64,000 nt of DNA from Octopus vulgaris (Eukaryota): NCBI GenBank assembly GCA_951406725.2, contig OX597827.1:55552001-55616000 (forward strand), read 5' to 3'. The notes under the pieces are model-generated. The model ran no database searches. It was not told the origin of the DNA and saw nothing but the letters and a program-made list of their open reading frames with translations. Below, piece after piece: positions 38,878-51,680 of the stretch; position 1 is the first letter of the stretch, and each line of letters starts with the position of its first letter. The translations under genes were made by a program, and so were the position numbers.

Positions 38878-39420
38878 ATCACCTTGACCGACCAGTCTAT
38901 CGGGCATCCATTTGACACCGCTGGTCACAGCACACTGTCCACTCCTCTCTGGATCATGCCTTCCTCATCCACGCGGTCCCAATCACCCTATAAAATTGTA
39001 ACTCCACCGTCATGGAGGCCTTCTGAGTGGTCGTTTCCGCTTGCGCGGGTACCACTCGACAACTGCGTGGGTCCACTGATTATCAGTGAGCCGGGCGATG
39101 TGTCCAGTCCATCTAAACTTGCAGTGGGTATATTCTATGATGACATCCCTCATGCCTGACTTCTGTCTGATGACCTCGCTACTGATGTGCTCTCTCAACA
39201 AGATTCCAAGCATTGACTTCTCCATGGCTCTTTGTGCCGTTACCTATCTCTGTTCTTCTCTCTTTGTTGTAGCCCATGTTTCACAACCATATAACATTGC
39301 AGGTAGAACTGTGCTATTAATGAGGTTGTTGTGGGTGGTCCTGTCCAACCTTCCCTTGTGCACATCCCTTATGCCATTAAACCCCTTCCATCCAGACCTT
39401 ACTCTCTGCCAGATGGAAGG
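38878..39420 (-). pseudogene. RTE-clade LINE reverse transcriptase 3' fragment
   Basis: Translation MEKSMLGILLREHISSEVIRQKSG...KFRWTGHIARLTDNQWT..VVEWYPR.RKRPL.RPP, a characteristic RTE C-terminus. Confidence 0.8.
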
Positions 39421-39524
39421 CGTTTAATATATATGTATATACATACATATATATACATAATACATATATATACATACATACACACACACACACACATATA
39501 CATATATATTTAATTCTCTCTCTC

Positions 39525-39670
39525 TCTGTTTATTTTCTCTTATTCCTTTCTACTGAAGAGCGTAGGCGCGAAACATAAGACTTTTTCATTTATCTGAGCA
39601 TCAAACTAATACACCTGCTTGTTGTTCATACACCTGTCTTTGTCTTTTGTGTTTCTATAAATTTCAACTA
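39525..39670 (+). mobile_element. Family H copy 4 (hammerhead-like core)
   Basis: cctttctactgaagagcgtaggcgcgaaacataagac; same downstream body. Confidence 0.7.
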
Positions 39671-39870
39671 TATATGTGTGTGTTAAATTCAAATTACGAT
39701 GAAAGTAAACAAAGTTTGCCTTAGAAGTGTTGAGATGTCTTAGAAAGTTAAAGAAGTGATTTTAAATTCTCAAACGCAGGATAATGTTAATAATATAACC
39801 TGAAAGGATTAGCTTTCCCTATTTTTGCAGAAAAAAGTGTTGGTAGCAGCAATAATAATAATAATAATAA

Positions 39871-40100
39871 AAGGCGGAGAGCTGGCAGAAACTTTAGCGC
39901 GCCGGGCGAAATGCCTAGTGGTATTTCGTCTGTCGTTACGTTCTGAGTTCAAATTCCGCCAAGGTCGACTTTGCCTTTCATCCTTTCTGGGTCGATAAAT
40001 AAAGTACCAGTTTCGCACTGGAGTCGATGTAATCGACTTAATCCCTTTGTCTGTCCTTGTTTGTCCCCTCTATGTTTAGCCCCTTGTGGGCAATAAAGAC
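39871..40100 (+). mobile_element. Young SINE family B copy
   Basis: aggcggagagctggcagaa...gagttcaaattccgccaaggtcgactttgcctttcatcct; CpGs retained. Confidence 0.8.
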
Positions 40101-40674
40101 ATATATAAATAATAATAAAAGCCATGATGCAATACCAGGCACTGGCTCTCATGGCTTCTGATTTAATTGATTGAAGGTTTTATGTACATGGTTTGTCTTG
40201 ATATAAAAAGATGGGTGACAGCAAATATTCTGCTCAATACCACAGATTTGCTTGTCAGTTGCTTGACATTAACCAGTCGAGCATGTTCCTTAATGGCTGA
40301 CGATATGCGCATCTCTTATCACGAGCAGAAGTAGTGGGGGAGCATCAAAGTCATATGTTGAGAGGAATTCTTTGGAGTTTGACTAATTCATCCTTGGAAA
40401 TATGGGTGTTTCGTTCAACATCCTTAAACAACTCTTATTCAGGGACCTTTTGAGTAGGATGGGCTACTTGACCTGAAGAAGATTCTAACTGGGTCCCATT
40501 TGCAAGGTCATGTGCTGTTTAACTTGATATGAGATTACTATGTCACACACATATGGTTGTGGTGCATGTGCCTGGTGTACCCCTATCAGACGGGTAGTCA
40601 TGATGGGTATACTGGGCTTCTTATATTTGTATCTCAGTGTCACTCTGCTCTCTCACTCAATAATGGAGACCCCC

Positions 40675-40751
40675 TTACGTAAGTGATAATCAGAATGCAT
40701 GATGTTTATGTATATATTATATTATATATTATATATATTTGTGTGCATATG
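40675..40751. repeat. 77-bp perfect inverted copy of 46540-46616
   Basis: Base-by-base reverse complement identity (77/77). Confidence 0.9.
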
Positions 40752-42377
40752 GGATTGCACCTAGAAAGTTACCCTCCAAGGCACAAGTCCAGGCAATGTT
40801 GTATGTAGAAGGCCAGCAGTCGCCCATGCATATCAGCCTCCTCTCTCCACACCACTGATGTTATCCAAGGGAAAGACAAAGGCCGATACAGCTTGGCACC
40901 AGTGATGTTGCAACTTATTTCTACAGCTGAGTTAATAGGAGCAATGTGAAATAAAGTGTCTTGCTCAAGAACACAACATGCAGCCCAGTCCAGGAATCGA
41001 ACTCATAACCTCACGATTGTAAGCTCGAGGCTCTAACCACTGAGCCATGCACCTTCACTCAATAATAATAACAACAACAATAATAATAATATATTTATAA
41101 TGTACATACACACACACAAACATGATGGCAGTACATTCTGTAATGATAAGAGGTTGAGGAAGTGATGAGATCAGCTTGCAAGATGAGGGCATGACAAGTA
41201 AGATAGTACAGGACTAAGACAGGTAATAATCTGCTATAAACCTAACACACTGAATTTATGACAGTACAGGAAAACAGTTAGGATGATCATAACTGTGTGT
41301 GTGTGTGTGTGTGTGTGAGCATGCATATGTGTGTGTCTGAATGGTCAATTGTTGTTAATGTGTTGCAATTCATTGGATATGAGTGATTTATTCAGTGTGT
41401 AGAAACAGGACTTGTTCCAGTGCTAAATAGGTCTTTTTTTCACATATATTTGATGAGGCTTTTCTGAGTTGTTTAATTCTGTTCTATGTTTTATATTTAG
41501 AATAATGTAGCTTTAAATATTTTAATTTGCTGTTAACTATTTATCAAACACCTTGTGATATATCTCAGATTAAATCACTCAGAATGTTTTGAGTTCAACA
41601 ATGAATGCTTAAATTATACACATACGTTCATCATCTTCATCATTTACTATCCGTTTTCCATGCTGGCATGGACTGGATGGTTTGACCAGAGCTGGCAAGC
41701 AGGAGGATTGTGCCAAGTTCCAGTCTGATTTGGCTTGTTTCTACAGCTGGATGACCATCCTAATGCCAACCACTTTACAGAGTGTGTGGGGGTTTTACAT
41801 ATATGGCACCGGCACGGGTGCTTTTATGTGGTGCTGGTAGGGGTACTATTACATGGTGCTGGCACAGGTAGTCACAGTATCATTTTATATACAGGACTAT
41901 CAGATGTTATACACCACTGGTCACAATGCACTTTCTTGCATTGTTGTAGCTTTTGAATAATGCCATTCTGCTGGCTAGGCAGACAGGCTAACATTCTCCC
42001 TGAATGAATGTTCTTCCTTCCACCAACTTTCAATTGTTTCCAAGCAAGGTAATATTTTGCCATGGAAGACAAAAAACATACAACAGCACTTGTATGATGG
42101 TGATGGCCACTAACAATAATTTCACACACACACGACAGAACTTCAGTTTCTGTCTACCAAATCCACTTGGAAGGCTTTGATCATTCTGGGGCTGTAGTGG
42201 AAGACACTTGCGTATGTTCATCATCATTATCGCTTTAACATCCACTTTTCCATACTTACATGGATCAGATGGAACTAAGTGAAACAGATTTCCATTCAGG
42301 GCCAAGACAGTTAACAGATGACCATAGAGTGGATGACTGCTTAGATGGCTTGTTGCAAATACTAAATAAGTTGGGTT

Positions 42378-42632
42378 GGAGGCGCTTGGCTTAGTGGTTA
42401 GGGTGTCAGCACCATGATCGTAAGATTGTGGTTTCAATTCCTGGACTGGGCGACGCGTTGTGTTCTTGAGCAAAACACTTCATTTCAGGTTGCTCCAGTC
42501 CACTCAGCTGGTAAAAATGAGTAATGCTGCGAGCGACTGGCGTCCTGTCCAGCTGGGGAACACATACGCCATAGAAACTGGGAAACCGGGCCCATGAGCC
42601 TGGCTAGGCTTTAAAAGGGTGCATTTATTTAT
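42378..42632 (+). mobile_element. tRNA-derived SINE (family D)
   Basis: A-box tggcttagtgg, B-box ggtttcaattcc, TTTA tail; highly similar copy at 60189-60440. Confidence 0.8.
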
Positions 42633-43147
42633 TATTTACTTGGTTAATATAATTTTATGCAGCAGATTAGAAGTAAGAGCTTGTTGGTTAGAGCTTGAAG
42701 TTCATGTGAATAGTAATGCTATATAGCAATACAACATAGACCAAGATATAGGAAACATATGGCGATTAAAGAACAAGTTGAGTTTGAAATCATCGTACCA
42801 GATTGCAAGCAAATAAGGTGAGAAAATAGCTGGGCATTAACAACACTGAGCAATGTATACAGGAGAGATAACTGATGGAGGTTGGGTGAAAAAGTGCTGT
42901 GATCTGGCATTGAAAGTATTCTTTATAAAAGTAGACCAAGAACATTGAAAAGAACTTTAGAACTATCCGAAACAAAATAACATTGAGAAGGGCAGAAAAC
43001 ATGATAGGATGCTTGGTTACCAGTCACATCTTTTCACCAGCTAAACCACAATAATCAACACCTGATACACACCACAGTAAACACAACACACTGTGGGGGT
43101 CATATATATCACAGTAAATATAATACAATGGGGACAGGCCAATCATT

Positions 43148-43361
43148 CTCTTTTATTACTCTTTTACTTGTTTCAGTCATTTGACTGTGGCCATGCTGGA
43201 GCACCACCTTTAGTCGAACAAATCGACCCCAGGACTTATTCTTTGTAAGTTTAGTACTTATTCTATCGGTCTCTCTTGCTGAAATGCTAAGTGACGGGGA
43301 CGTAAACACATCAGCATCGGCTGTCAAGCGATGTTGGGGGGTCAAACACAGACACACAAAC

Positions 43362-43394
<33 letters not shown>

Positions 43395-43545
43395 CGACAG
43401 GCTTCTTTCAGTTTCCGTCTACCAAATCCACTCACAAGGCTTTGGTCGGCTCGATGCTATAGTAGAAGACACTTGCCCAAGGTGCCACGTAGTGGGACTG
43501 AACCCAGAACCATGTGATTGGCAAGCAAGCTACTTACCATAGCCA
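43148..43545 (-). mobile_element. Young SINE family A copy
   Basis: Near reverse complement of 59035-59390, with internal (TA)n. Confidence 0.8.
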
Positions 43546-44566
43546 CTTATTATTATTTTTTTGTTTTTTGTTGAAAAACTGAAATTTTACCAACAAATTT
43601 TTTTAGAATCGTAATCTTCGTATTTTTCTACATATTCCGCAAAAAAAACAAAGATTTCTGGAAAAAGTGAAAAATGAAGGAGGAATGAAATCAAAAAAAA
43701 ATTTTTTTCAAAATCAGATCCTTCAAAACCAAAAACGTGGGATTCCTTAAAAAATATATATACATATCCATTTTACCGGAAGTTATGACGGAAAAATCGG
43801 ATCTTGTGAATTTTCCAAAAGTCCTCTCCCCACCCCCAGGGTCGTCAGCGCGCATTTTTTTTTCATATTCGTTTTCTGCAAACTCGTCAACACCTGTCAG
43901 GCTGGTTTATTATTATTTTTTTTTTGTTCCCGGGTGAAAATGTTTATATTAACTCGTGTTATCTCTATTCAGGCCCTCCTGGTTTATCACCCATGTTATG
44001 ACCAACTTCCTAGACACTAAATACCCTCTGGAACCCCTTCTTGCAGGTGTCAGCTCTTAACAGTTCAAGTTAAACGTTAACGGAATCAATCTCAACGACC
44101 ACAGAGAATCTGTGAGATCCATGGGCACTGTCTCTTCCTTAAAATACACACACAAACAAACAATAGCTATTTCTTTACTACCCACAAGGGGTTAAACACA
44201 GAGGGGACAAACAAGGACAGACAAACCGATTAAGTCGATTACATCGACCCCAGTGCGTAACTGGTACTTAATTTATCAAACAAACAATAGCACAAAATAA
44301 TTAGACACATCCTTTAGTTTATAGTACTGAATTCGATTCTTATCACGCGTATAGGGTGAAGAGGTAGAGCTCTATCAGGTTGACACATAGCAGATAAACA
44401 GTACGAGGCCAATGATCAAAACATGATGAAAGTATCCGGAAGAAAGAAAAATAAAAAAAAAAAAAGAGTTAATGTTGACGAATAATTCATAAATCTTGAC
44501 AGTCGAAAATTTAGAAAAAGAGAATATAGGAAGAAAACGTGTATAAAATTATCGAAGTAAACATAC

Positions 44567-44829
44567 CGCTTCATCTCTGCAACGACAACATCGAGACATT
44601 GTGGGGTCCGACCTTTTCTGGTAAAATACGTGGGCAAGGTACTCGGAAGTACAATAACCAACTCGTTTTTTTCACAGTAACGTTCGATGGCTACCTGCCA
44701 GAAATTCATTTTTTGGTCCCACGAAAGAGGATTCACTGATTTATCACGAAAAACCGAAAACATAACACTCATTTTTTGGTCATCCGACCACATATTATCA
44801 AACTCTGCATCATCCATTCCCTTGCACAT
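44567..44829 (-). CDS. CHMP7: CHMP7 coding exon 1: MCKGMDDAEFDNMWSDDQKMSVMFSVFRDKSVNPLSWDQKMNFW...FTRKGRTPQCLDVVVAEMK(R)
   Basis: Matches CHMP7 N-terminal winged-helix signature W.DD.RM..LFS.F...VN...WD.KM.FW...F.RKG..P..L..V; donor CG|gtatgt; start could be M1 or M5. Confidence 0.93.
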
Positions 44830-44899
44830 AACGACACTGTCTCAGAACGAAGGCATAAAGAAAAGAAAAAAAAAGGAGGGATAAATTAGGGTATTTATA

Positions 44900-45100
44900 A
44901 TGAATTTAGTAAACAACAATAAAGCTATCCATCGTTTCCTATTGAAAGATCTTAAATCGATCGAGTTTATATACGTTACGATGATTGTGGCAATATTTAT
45001 AATGGCCGCTGCTGTTATAGCGTGTGCGTTAGTTTATTCGTTTTCTATTCCGCTATTCTGTTCAACCGGAAACATTAACTACTAACTTGATATGTAACAA
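44900..45100 (-). promoter_or_regulatory. Probable CHMP7 promoter / 5' UTR region
   Basis: Immediately upstream of first coding exon, CpG-retaining, with ETS-like CCGGAA (~45066) and YY1-like AATGGCCG (~45001); TSS not determinable. Confidence 0.35.
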
Positions 45101-48100
45101 TTATCAAATGTAACAGAATTTTTCAAAGCAGAATGGAAAGAAGAAGCACTGACTGATAGATAGACTTTCTCTCTCAGTGCTTGCCTTTTTCTTTCCTTCC
45201 TCAATCTGATGTCACTTAACGGGCAAAGTATTCATTATAATAATGTAAAAGTTAAAATTGCCACTAAACTGGAAATGTGTGGTTGAATTGTATTTATTCG
45301 TCTTTTAAGTCAGAATTTTTTCACATCTTTCAACTTGTCAATACAATTATAAAAGTAAATAAAATTATCTAGAACGACCAAATGACGCATGACAGACTTT
45401 TTTTCGGTTTTATTTATACTTCTTTTTACATGCTTTATTATTTTACTTTAAAAAAGGTGGAGTATCTCATTGATAATAACACAATTAGCATAACAGTTTG
45501 TATTCACAAATATTCATTCTGAACAATTAAATGCCTTCTAATCACTCCATGTATAAGGCCTTATGTTTTATTTTTATTTTTAATTTTATTTTATTGTTGA
45601 GAATGAATTCAAGAGACAAGGACCTTACAGTTAAGAAGAAAAAGATGTTCCTTCTAATCTGTTTGAGTCATCGGTTGTCATTTAAAGTGACATACAGTAG
45701 TTTTTGTGTTAATGAACGTTGAACGATATGATTAATTAATTAAGCAAAGCGAAAATGATTGATGTAAATAAACTAATGTAACAACCTTGTGTCAGAAGAT
45801 GCATGTAAAACTGTATATACCCAAAAGAGAAATTATACACAATGACAATTGTGAAGATGGAAAAGAAGAGAAAAAAGATTAATTCTGAAGAACACAGGGA
45901 AGAAGTAAAGAAAGAAAGAAAGAACTGAATTACTAAAGAAAAATAATGGTGTAGACAATTTGGCTAGAAGAGGAACTGTGGAAAAAGAGAAATTGAGATA
46001 AAAGGAAGGAAAAGAAATAAAATTTGACAATTAGTATATGCTAATTTTCATTTCATTTAATCTTTCTCTCTTTCTCCAATTGCTATTCTGAGATAATGCA
46101 CTGATGTAATTATATATCTAGCTACAACAACAATAAAAGGGGAATATCAAGAACAGGGAAGTGTTTGTGTATAAATAAACAAACAAACAAGTAAATGATT
46201 AATCAATTGTGAAACAATGACAGAATTAACTGAAACTAACCTGGAATTATTTGGAAGTTGTTAGTAAGCTGTAAGCCAAATTAAGACGGCTGATTGTCAA
46301 GAAACGTCGTCGTCGTCGTTTTAGCAAATCTTAAATCGTCGGAGTTTCAACCAGTGTCCGTATGTGTTACTGACTGTGGAGAGTGCTCTGCGTGCGATCT
46401 AAGCTTATTCGATGTCTCCAGCACCCTCTTGCAAGAAGAAAAAGTCGATATTCAATGAATAGACTAATATCTCTCAAAACAGATTACTTTGCCTCGACAC
46501 AATATTCACAGATGCATGTAACACATATACTACGACACACATATGCACACAAATATATATAATATATAATATAATATATACATAAACATCATGCATTCTG
46601 ATTATCACTTACGTAATTTTATATCCATTCACAACCCTTTCATAAATTATTTTTGATAGATCCTTAAAAAGATACAATTTTGTCATTTTATTTCAATTTT
46701 GGAATATTTACTGCAATAATAATAATTAATAATGTCTAACATAGAGAGAAGTTCCTCGGTTTATAGAAGAGAAAAGAGAAGTGCATGAATACCCTAGAAT
46801 CTACCAAAATGATTATAATAGTAACAATTTTCGTAAGCATGAATGAAAGCCATTAAAGTATGTATATTAGGATAAGAAATTGGGGAGTTAGGTGTGTAAT
46901 ATGAAATTTTCAGGGACACGGGTATCGGAAGCTGTATCATTTGCACATTTCCCAATGTCATTACTGAAATAATTACAACGGGAATCTGAAATAGTTTGTA
47001 TTTGTTTCCATGAATAACGATTTATTTTTATACGTTTACGTATCTGGAAGAAATACTGAATGAAAAATCTTCAATGTAAATTCATTCATAAATAGTATTT
47101 CCCTAAGAAATTCTTTGCTACAATACATTGGTTAAAATGAGAATGCCATTAATTGTCTATTTGTATAATGTAGATCAAAGTAAATTGTGTGTGTGTCTGT
47201 GTGAGTGTGTGTGTGTGTGTGTATGTGGAGTGTGTGAGTGTGTCCGAGGGTCACCCAAGGACTCCTGTTTCATTTACTTCTACCTGGGAAGCATCGCGTG
47301 GGTGTCTTTTATTAGTTATCGATCATGATTACTTTGTGTATTACTACTATGCTTATATCAACCTCAGGCAGTGTGGTAGATAGTATGCATCGGATTTTTA
47401 TAAAGATTCAGAAAAAGTGCTTCCAATCCTATAGTTAATCTCCACCTAGTTTATACCACGTGCGGACCACAAATAAGAACATCTATTGGGAATAGAAAGA
47501 GCTTTACTGAGATTTTCCGTAAGATTTCCATTTAATCTATCAAGCTACGAAGGAGTCTCTATGCAGTCGCTTAACCTACTAGAAATAGCGGCTAAATCAC
47601 TCTCAAATTACACTGTCTTTTAAAATAAAGTAGGATACATTGGACAGTTGTAGACTCTGATATACAAAAAAAAGGATGGTCATGCTTAGAATACCTTTGA
47701 TCATAACTTTGCTCAATCAGGACTGACCTTGGGCTAAATAACAACATATTCTATGGCTGTTGTAAAGTACATTTTATAATACAAACAGATGGCCTAAGTT
47801 TTAAATAAAAAGACAAACGACTTACTGTCTAAAGCATAAAAATATATGTATTTTCTGATTCGTTATATTTAGTAATTAGCAGTTTATCAATGTGTAAATT
47901 AGTTGTATTGACTTCACTCAGAAAATGGAGGTTGAGTCTTTCATCTCCTTCCCAGTAGCATCGACAACGTAAATGAAGCGAAACAGGATTCGAACAGAGT
48001 GATGGATTCGGTTAACAGGGATATTACCATCCACAGTGCAATGTTCTTCCTATAAATCACAATATATTTTCTGTCATAGCAGGTTTAAGAGTTTAATCCA

Positions 48101-49554
48101 GAGAGACAAACACCGCGATTGCAGTGGGAAACGAACCCACAATCAGAAAGCCAAAGTTCAGCACTTTATCTATTCGGTTGTTGCCTAAGTTCAGTATCTT
48201 ATCAACTAATGATTGCATCTCGGAAGCGTTAAGAAATAATGCTGAATACGAGTTGTTTTTTTGTTTTTTCTAATCACGAAGAAACAACGACCACCGAATG
48301 TAAAAATGGAGCTAAAAAAAATTAGATAAAGGAGCTTAGATGTATCTTTGGAATATAACATTCCCAGTATACAATAATATATATGGTAAGTAAAGAAAAC
48401 AGACTAAACGTCAGAAGTTCTGCACAACGATTTTGATCGGCTCTGATCAAGTGACTCTATGATCTAAGACATCCTCACCGCGACCATCGTGTCACTTTTT
48501 TTTTAGACAGTGTATCTGACATGACATTATCCAATGTGTCCTTCCTTTCTATTATTAGTCTGTAATGTGTGAATTGAAGGAGATCGAAAGACGAGGTAGA
48601 AGATTGCAAATTAGTTTATTAGAAGAGTAAGAGTTTGTTCAAAAACGAAAACCTGAGTTGAGATGCTTTGTGGAAGCTACTCTTTGTTAATTCTGAGTTC
48701 GAATCCCATCAAAACCGCCACTGTCGATCACCATTTCTAGAATGGGGGTGTCAATAAAATTAATGAGCAATAATGAATTTTATCAGATTAGGTTATACAT
48801 CGGCCTGTTTACAAAAGAGATTACCTTGCAACATTTTTTGTCTGTTCACAAACTTTCGAAATTTAAAGGGCTCTTGCTTTAGTTTTTTTTTAGAGAGAAG
48901 TCTTTCTCTGAATGAGTCTATTTCCTGATCATTATAGATTTATTAGGCGAACTGAGCAACGCAAAATAAATTGTTCAAAGGATATAACGAGAAAAAAAAG
49001 AAGAAAAGAAAAAGTAAAAAGAGAGCTGATCACTGTTAAATTTCCACATCTTAATGGAAAGTATACGATTACCATAGAAAATCTTGATGATAATTAATGT
49101 TTACTTTTATCGTTTAAGTCTTTGATATGTGCGTTTTCCATCTGTACAAGACAGTCAGAGATAACAGAAATATAATTTGGAGAAATTATTAAAAAACGAA
49201 CAAATAGTAGAGAACTTACTGAAAGCTATTTAATGTCTGAAAATTTGACGTTCACCGTGCACTTCACCAAACAATAGCTACAGCAAAAAGTTTGAATCAG
49301 ATGTGAATGGCAACGTCTTTGTATTTATGTTTTATTTAAAAAAGCATGCACCTTAATAAATAGATTAGACGGAGATGACTAGCGTTTTAGCTTTAAACGG
49401 GAAATAATTGACGCATAATGAGTGATCAGAGGTGCTATCCAATGACATCTATAGATCAGATTGATTCGTTTTTGTCACAATAAAAGAGCTGACCCAAATT
49501 TGATTACAAACACTTTCACCGGCAAATAGAACACCTGTATAATTAAACATTGGA

Positions 49555-50092
49555 ATTTGTGGGGAGTAGAAAGTCAATTACATCGACCCAGTACTTAACT
49601 GGTACTTAATTTATCGACCTCGAAAGGATGAAAGGCAAAGTCGACCTCGGCGGAATTTGAACTCAGAACGTAACAGCAGACGAAATACCTATTTCTTTAC
49701 TACCCACAAGGGGCTAAACACAGAGAGAACAAACAAGGACAGGTAAACGGATTAAGTCGATTATATCGACCCAGTGCGTAACTGGTACTTATTTAATCGA
49801 CCCCGAAAGGATGAAAGGCAAAGTCGACCTCGGCGGAATTTGAACTCACAACGTAACGCAGACGAAATACCGCTAAGCATTTCGCCCGGCGTGCTAACGA
49901 TTATAGTTCTTTCTACAATAAGCACAAAGCATAGAATTTGGGTAGGGGTGCTAGTCAACATATCTTATCGACCCCGAAAAGATGAAATGCAGAGTCAATC
50001 TGGGCAGAATTTAAACTCAGAACGTAAGGACGGACGAAATGCTGCTAAGCATTTTGTCCGCCATGCAAACAACTCTGCCAGTTCGCCGCCTT
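49555..50092 (-). mobile_element. Cluster of young SINE family B copies
   Basis: Repeated atcgaccc...aactggtactt...cgaaaggatgaaaggcaaagtcgacctcggcggaatttgaactc. Confidence 0.8.
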
Positions 50093-50205
50093 CTTAGTAC
50101 TTGGCATCAAATACAATAATTCTTGGAAAGAAGGGAAAGTGCAAAAGTCTCGCTTCAGAAATGTTTTTTTCTCTTCTTTTTAGTGTGTGTCTCTTCTCCG
50201 CTTTT

Positions 50206-50448
50206 GGATCTTTTCACTTTGACCGGCAGATTTTAAAAATAATTTCTTTGTAACTAAACACTTTTAAACTTCGTATACTGGTAGAATGTGATACATAAAA
50301 TAAATAGCTTACAAACTACAGAATTTTCTCAAGAAAGCCAAGTGAGAAAGATGTTTTATCTATCACATTCTACCAGTATACGAAGTTTAAAAGTGTTTAG
50401 TTAAAAAGAAATTATTTTAAAAACCTGCCGGTCAAAGTGAAAAGGTCC
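50206..50448. mobile_element. Palindromic MITE (GGATCTTTTC termini, ~85-bp arms)
   Basis: ggatcttttcactttgaccggcag...ttcgtatactggtagaatgtg / cacattctaccagtatacgaa...ctgccggtcaaagtgaaaaggtcc. Confidence 0.75.
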
Positions 50449-50737
50449 CAGCTTTTTCTTTTCAAGTTATTTGGGAATAATTTAAATGTTTGAAAACCAT
50501 TTTAGCTGTAATCCTTTCATTGGTTGCTAAAGTCATTTTATTTATATTTAATCAATATAATAATGTGGCAGGCCGTGGATCAAAATTGTCTAACACTGGC
50601 ATATTCGATAGAGAGAGGTTCGGTGGAGTGTATCTTATACTGGAACCAGTATTCACCGTACATACTTCGGAACTAACATTCAATGATGCATGCAAATCAG
50701 TTACCGAAAATTAACACATTGAGAAGACAGATGAAAT

Positions 50738-50886
50738 CACTAGCGTAGCTAGAGTGTGTGCCGCCCAGTGGTGGCCCTTCCTTTTGCTGCCCCCGGACCA
50801 CACAAAAAACACCTATTACCTACAGCAGACCCAATAGTGCCGCCCGGGGCGGACCACCTCGACCTCCACTCTAAGCTACGCTAGTG
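50738..50886. mobile_element. Small GC-rich MITE
   Basis: TIR cactagcgtagct / agctacgctagtg with internal gccgccc repeats. Confidence 0.6.
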
Positions 50887-51248
50887 GGTGGAATTATCAA
50901 CTTTTTTTTTCATTCAAACTATTTTTGTTGTTATATACAAACCATTTCTAAAATCTATAAAGAGATTTTAATAAATTGCATGACGATATTAAAAAATTCA
51001 GTCAGTAGACGGTAGTTTGCATTCAGTAATTTTGATTAAGATCTTGGGAACTGGTTCAGATAGAGCAAGTTCAATTAGTTGGACATGGCATTTTCGTTAG
51101 AACCTAATACTTCATTACGAATGGCACAAAATCTTTTACGATTTGTGACAAACTGGCTTCTTTTGACAGTTTTATTTCTTTCATCTGCAAGGATACATTT
51201 TCCAGTGTTAATTGGAAATACATTTCAAGTCTGAGGGCAGTATTTCTT

Positions 51249-51680
51249 CCTAGGGGAAATCTTTCGTCTCTAGTAGACCTTTCCGTCGATTTCCGTAAAA
51301 AATTTTTTTTTTTTTACATATGGGCTTGCGGGAACTTTTGAAGTAATGAGAGCGAAAGAGACTAAGAGAAAGCGATTGTATGACGAAGGAAGTTCTTTTG
51401 AAGTTACCGTGCATGTGAAGCATTGATGTACATGTGTGTGTGTTTGATGGGGTGTGGGAGACAGACAGTATGTTGTGTAAGTGAAGTGCTTCTGTTAGTG
51501 TGTGTGAAGAGACAGAGTAATGTGTGAAAGAAAGAGATAACTGAAATTTTTTACTCGGTGTATGTGTATATGTATGTATATTACTTCAAAAGTTCCCGCA
51601 AGCCCATATGTAAAAAAAAAAAAAATTCTACGGAAATCGACGGAAAGGTCTACTAGAGACGAAAGATCGCCCCTCCTAGG
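51249..51680. mobile_element. MITE with ~100-bp near-perfect terminal inverted repeats
   Basis: cctagg...tttcgtctctagtagacctttccgtcgatttccgta...catatgggcttgcgggaacttttgaagtaat mirrored at 51579-51680. Confidence 0.85.

Noticed and set aside
42378-42460. tRNA gene (also at 60189)
   Set aside because: A/B boxes are present but run into a SINE body and tail shared by two copies; no clean cloverleaf acceptor stem
40751-46540. Inversion of the segment between the 77-bp inverted copies
   Set aside because: CHMP7 exon 1 is in the same orientation as the other exons, and the repeat flanking the 40675 copy appears continuous on both sides
47345-47390. miR-34-like sequence (aggcagtgtggtag)
   Set aside because: Seed match only; flanks do not form a pre-miRNA-sized hairpin with this sequence on the 5' arm
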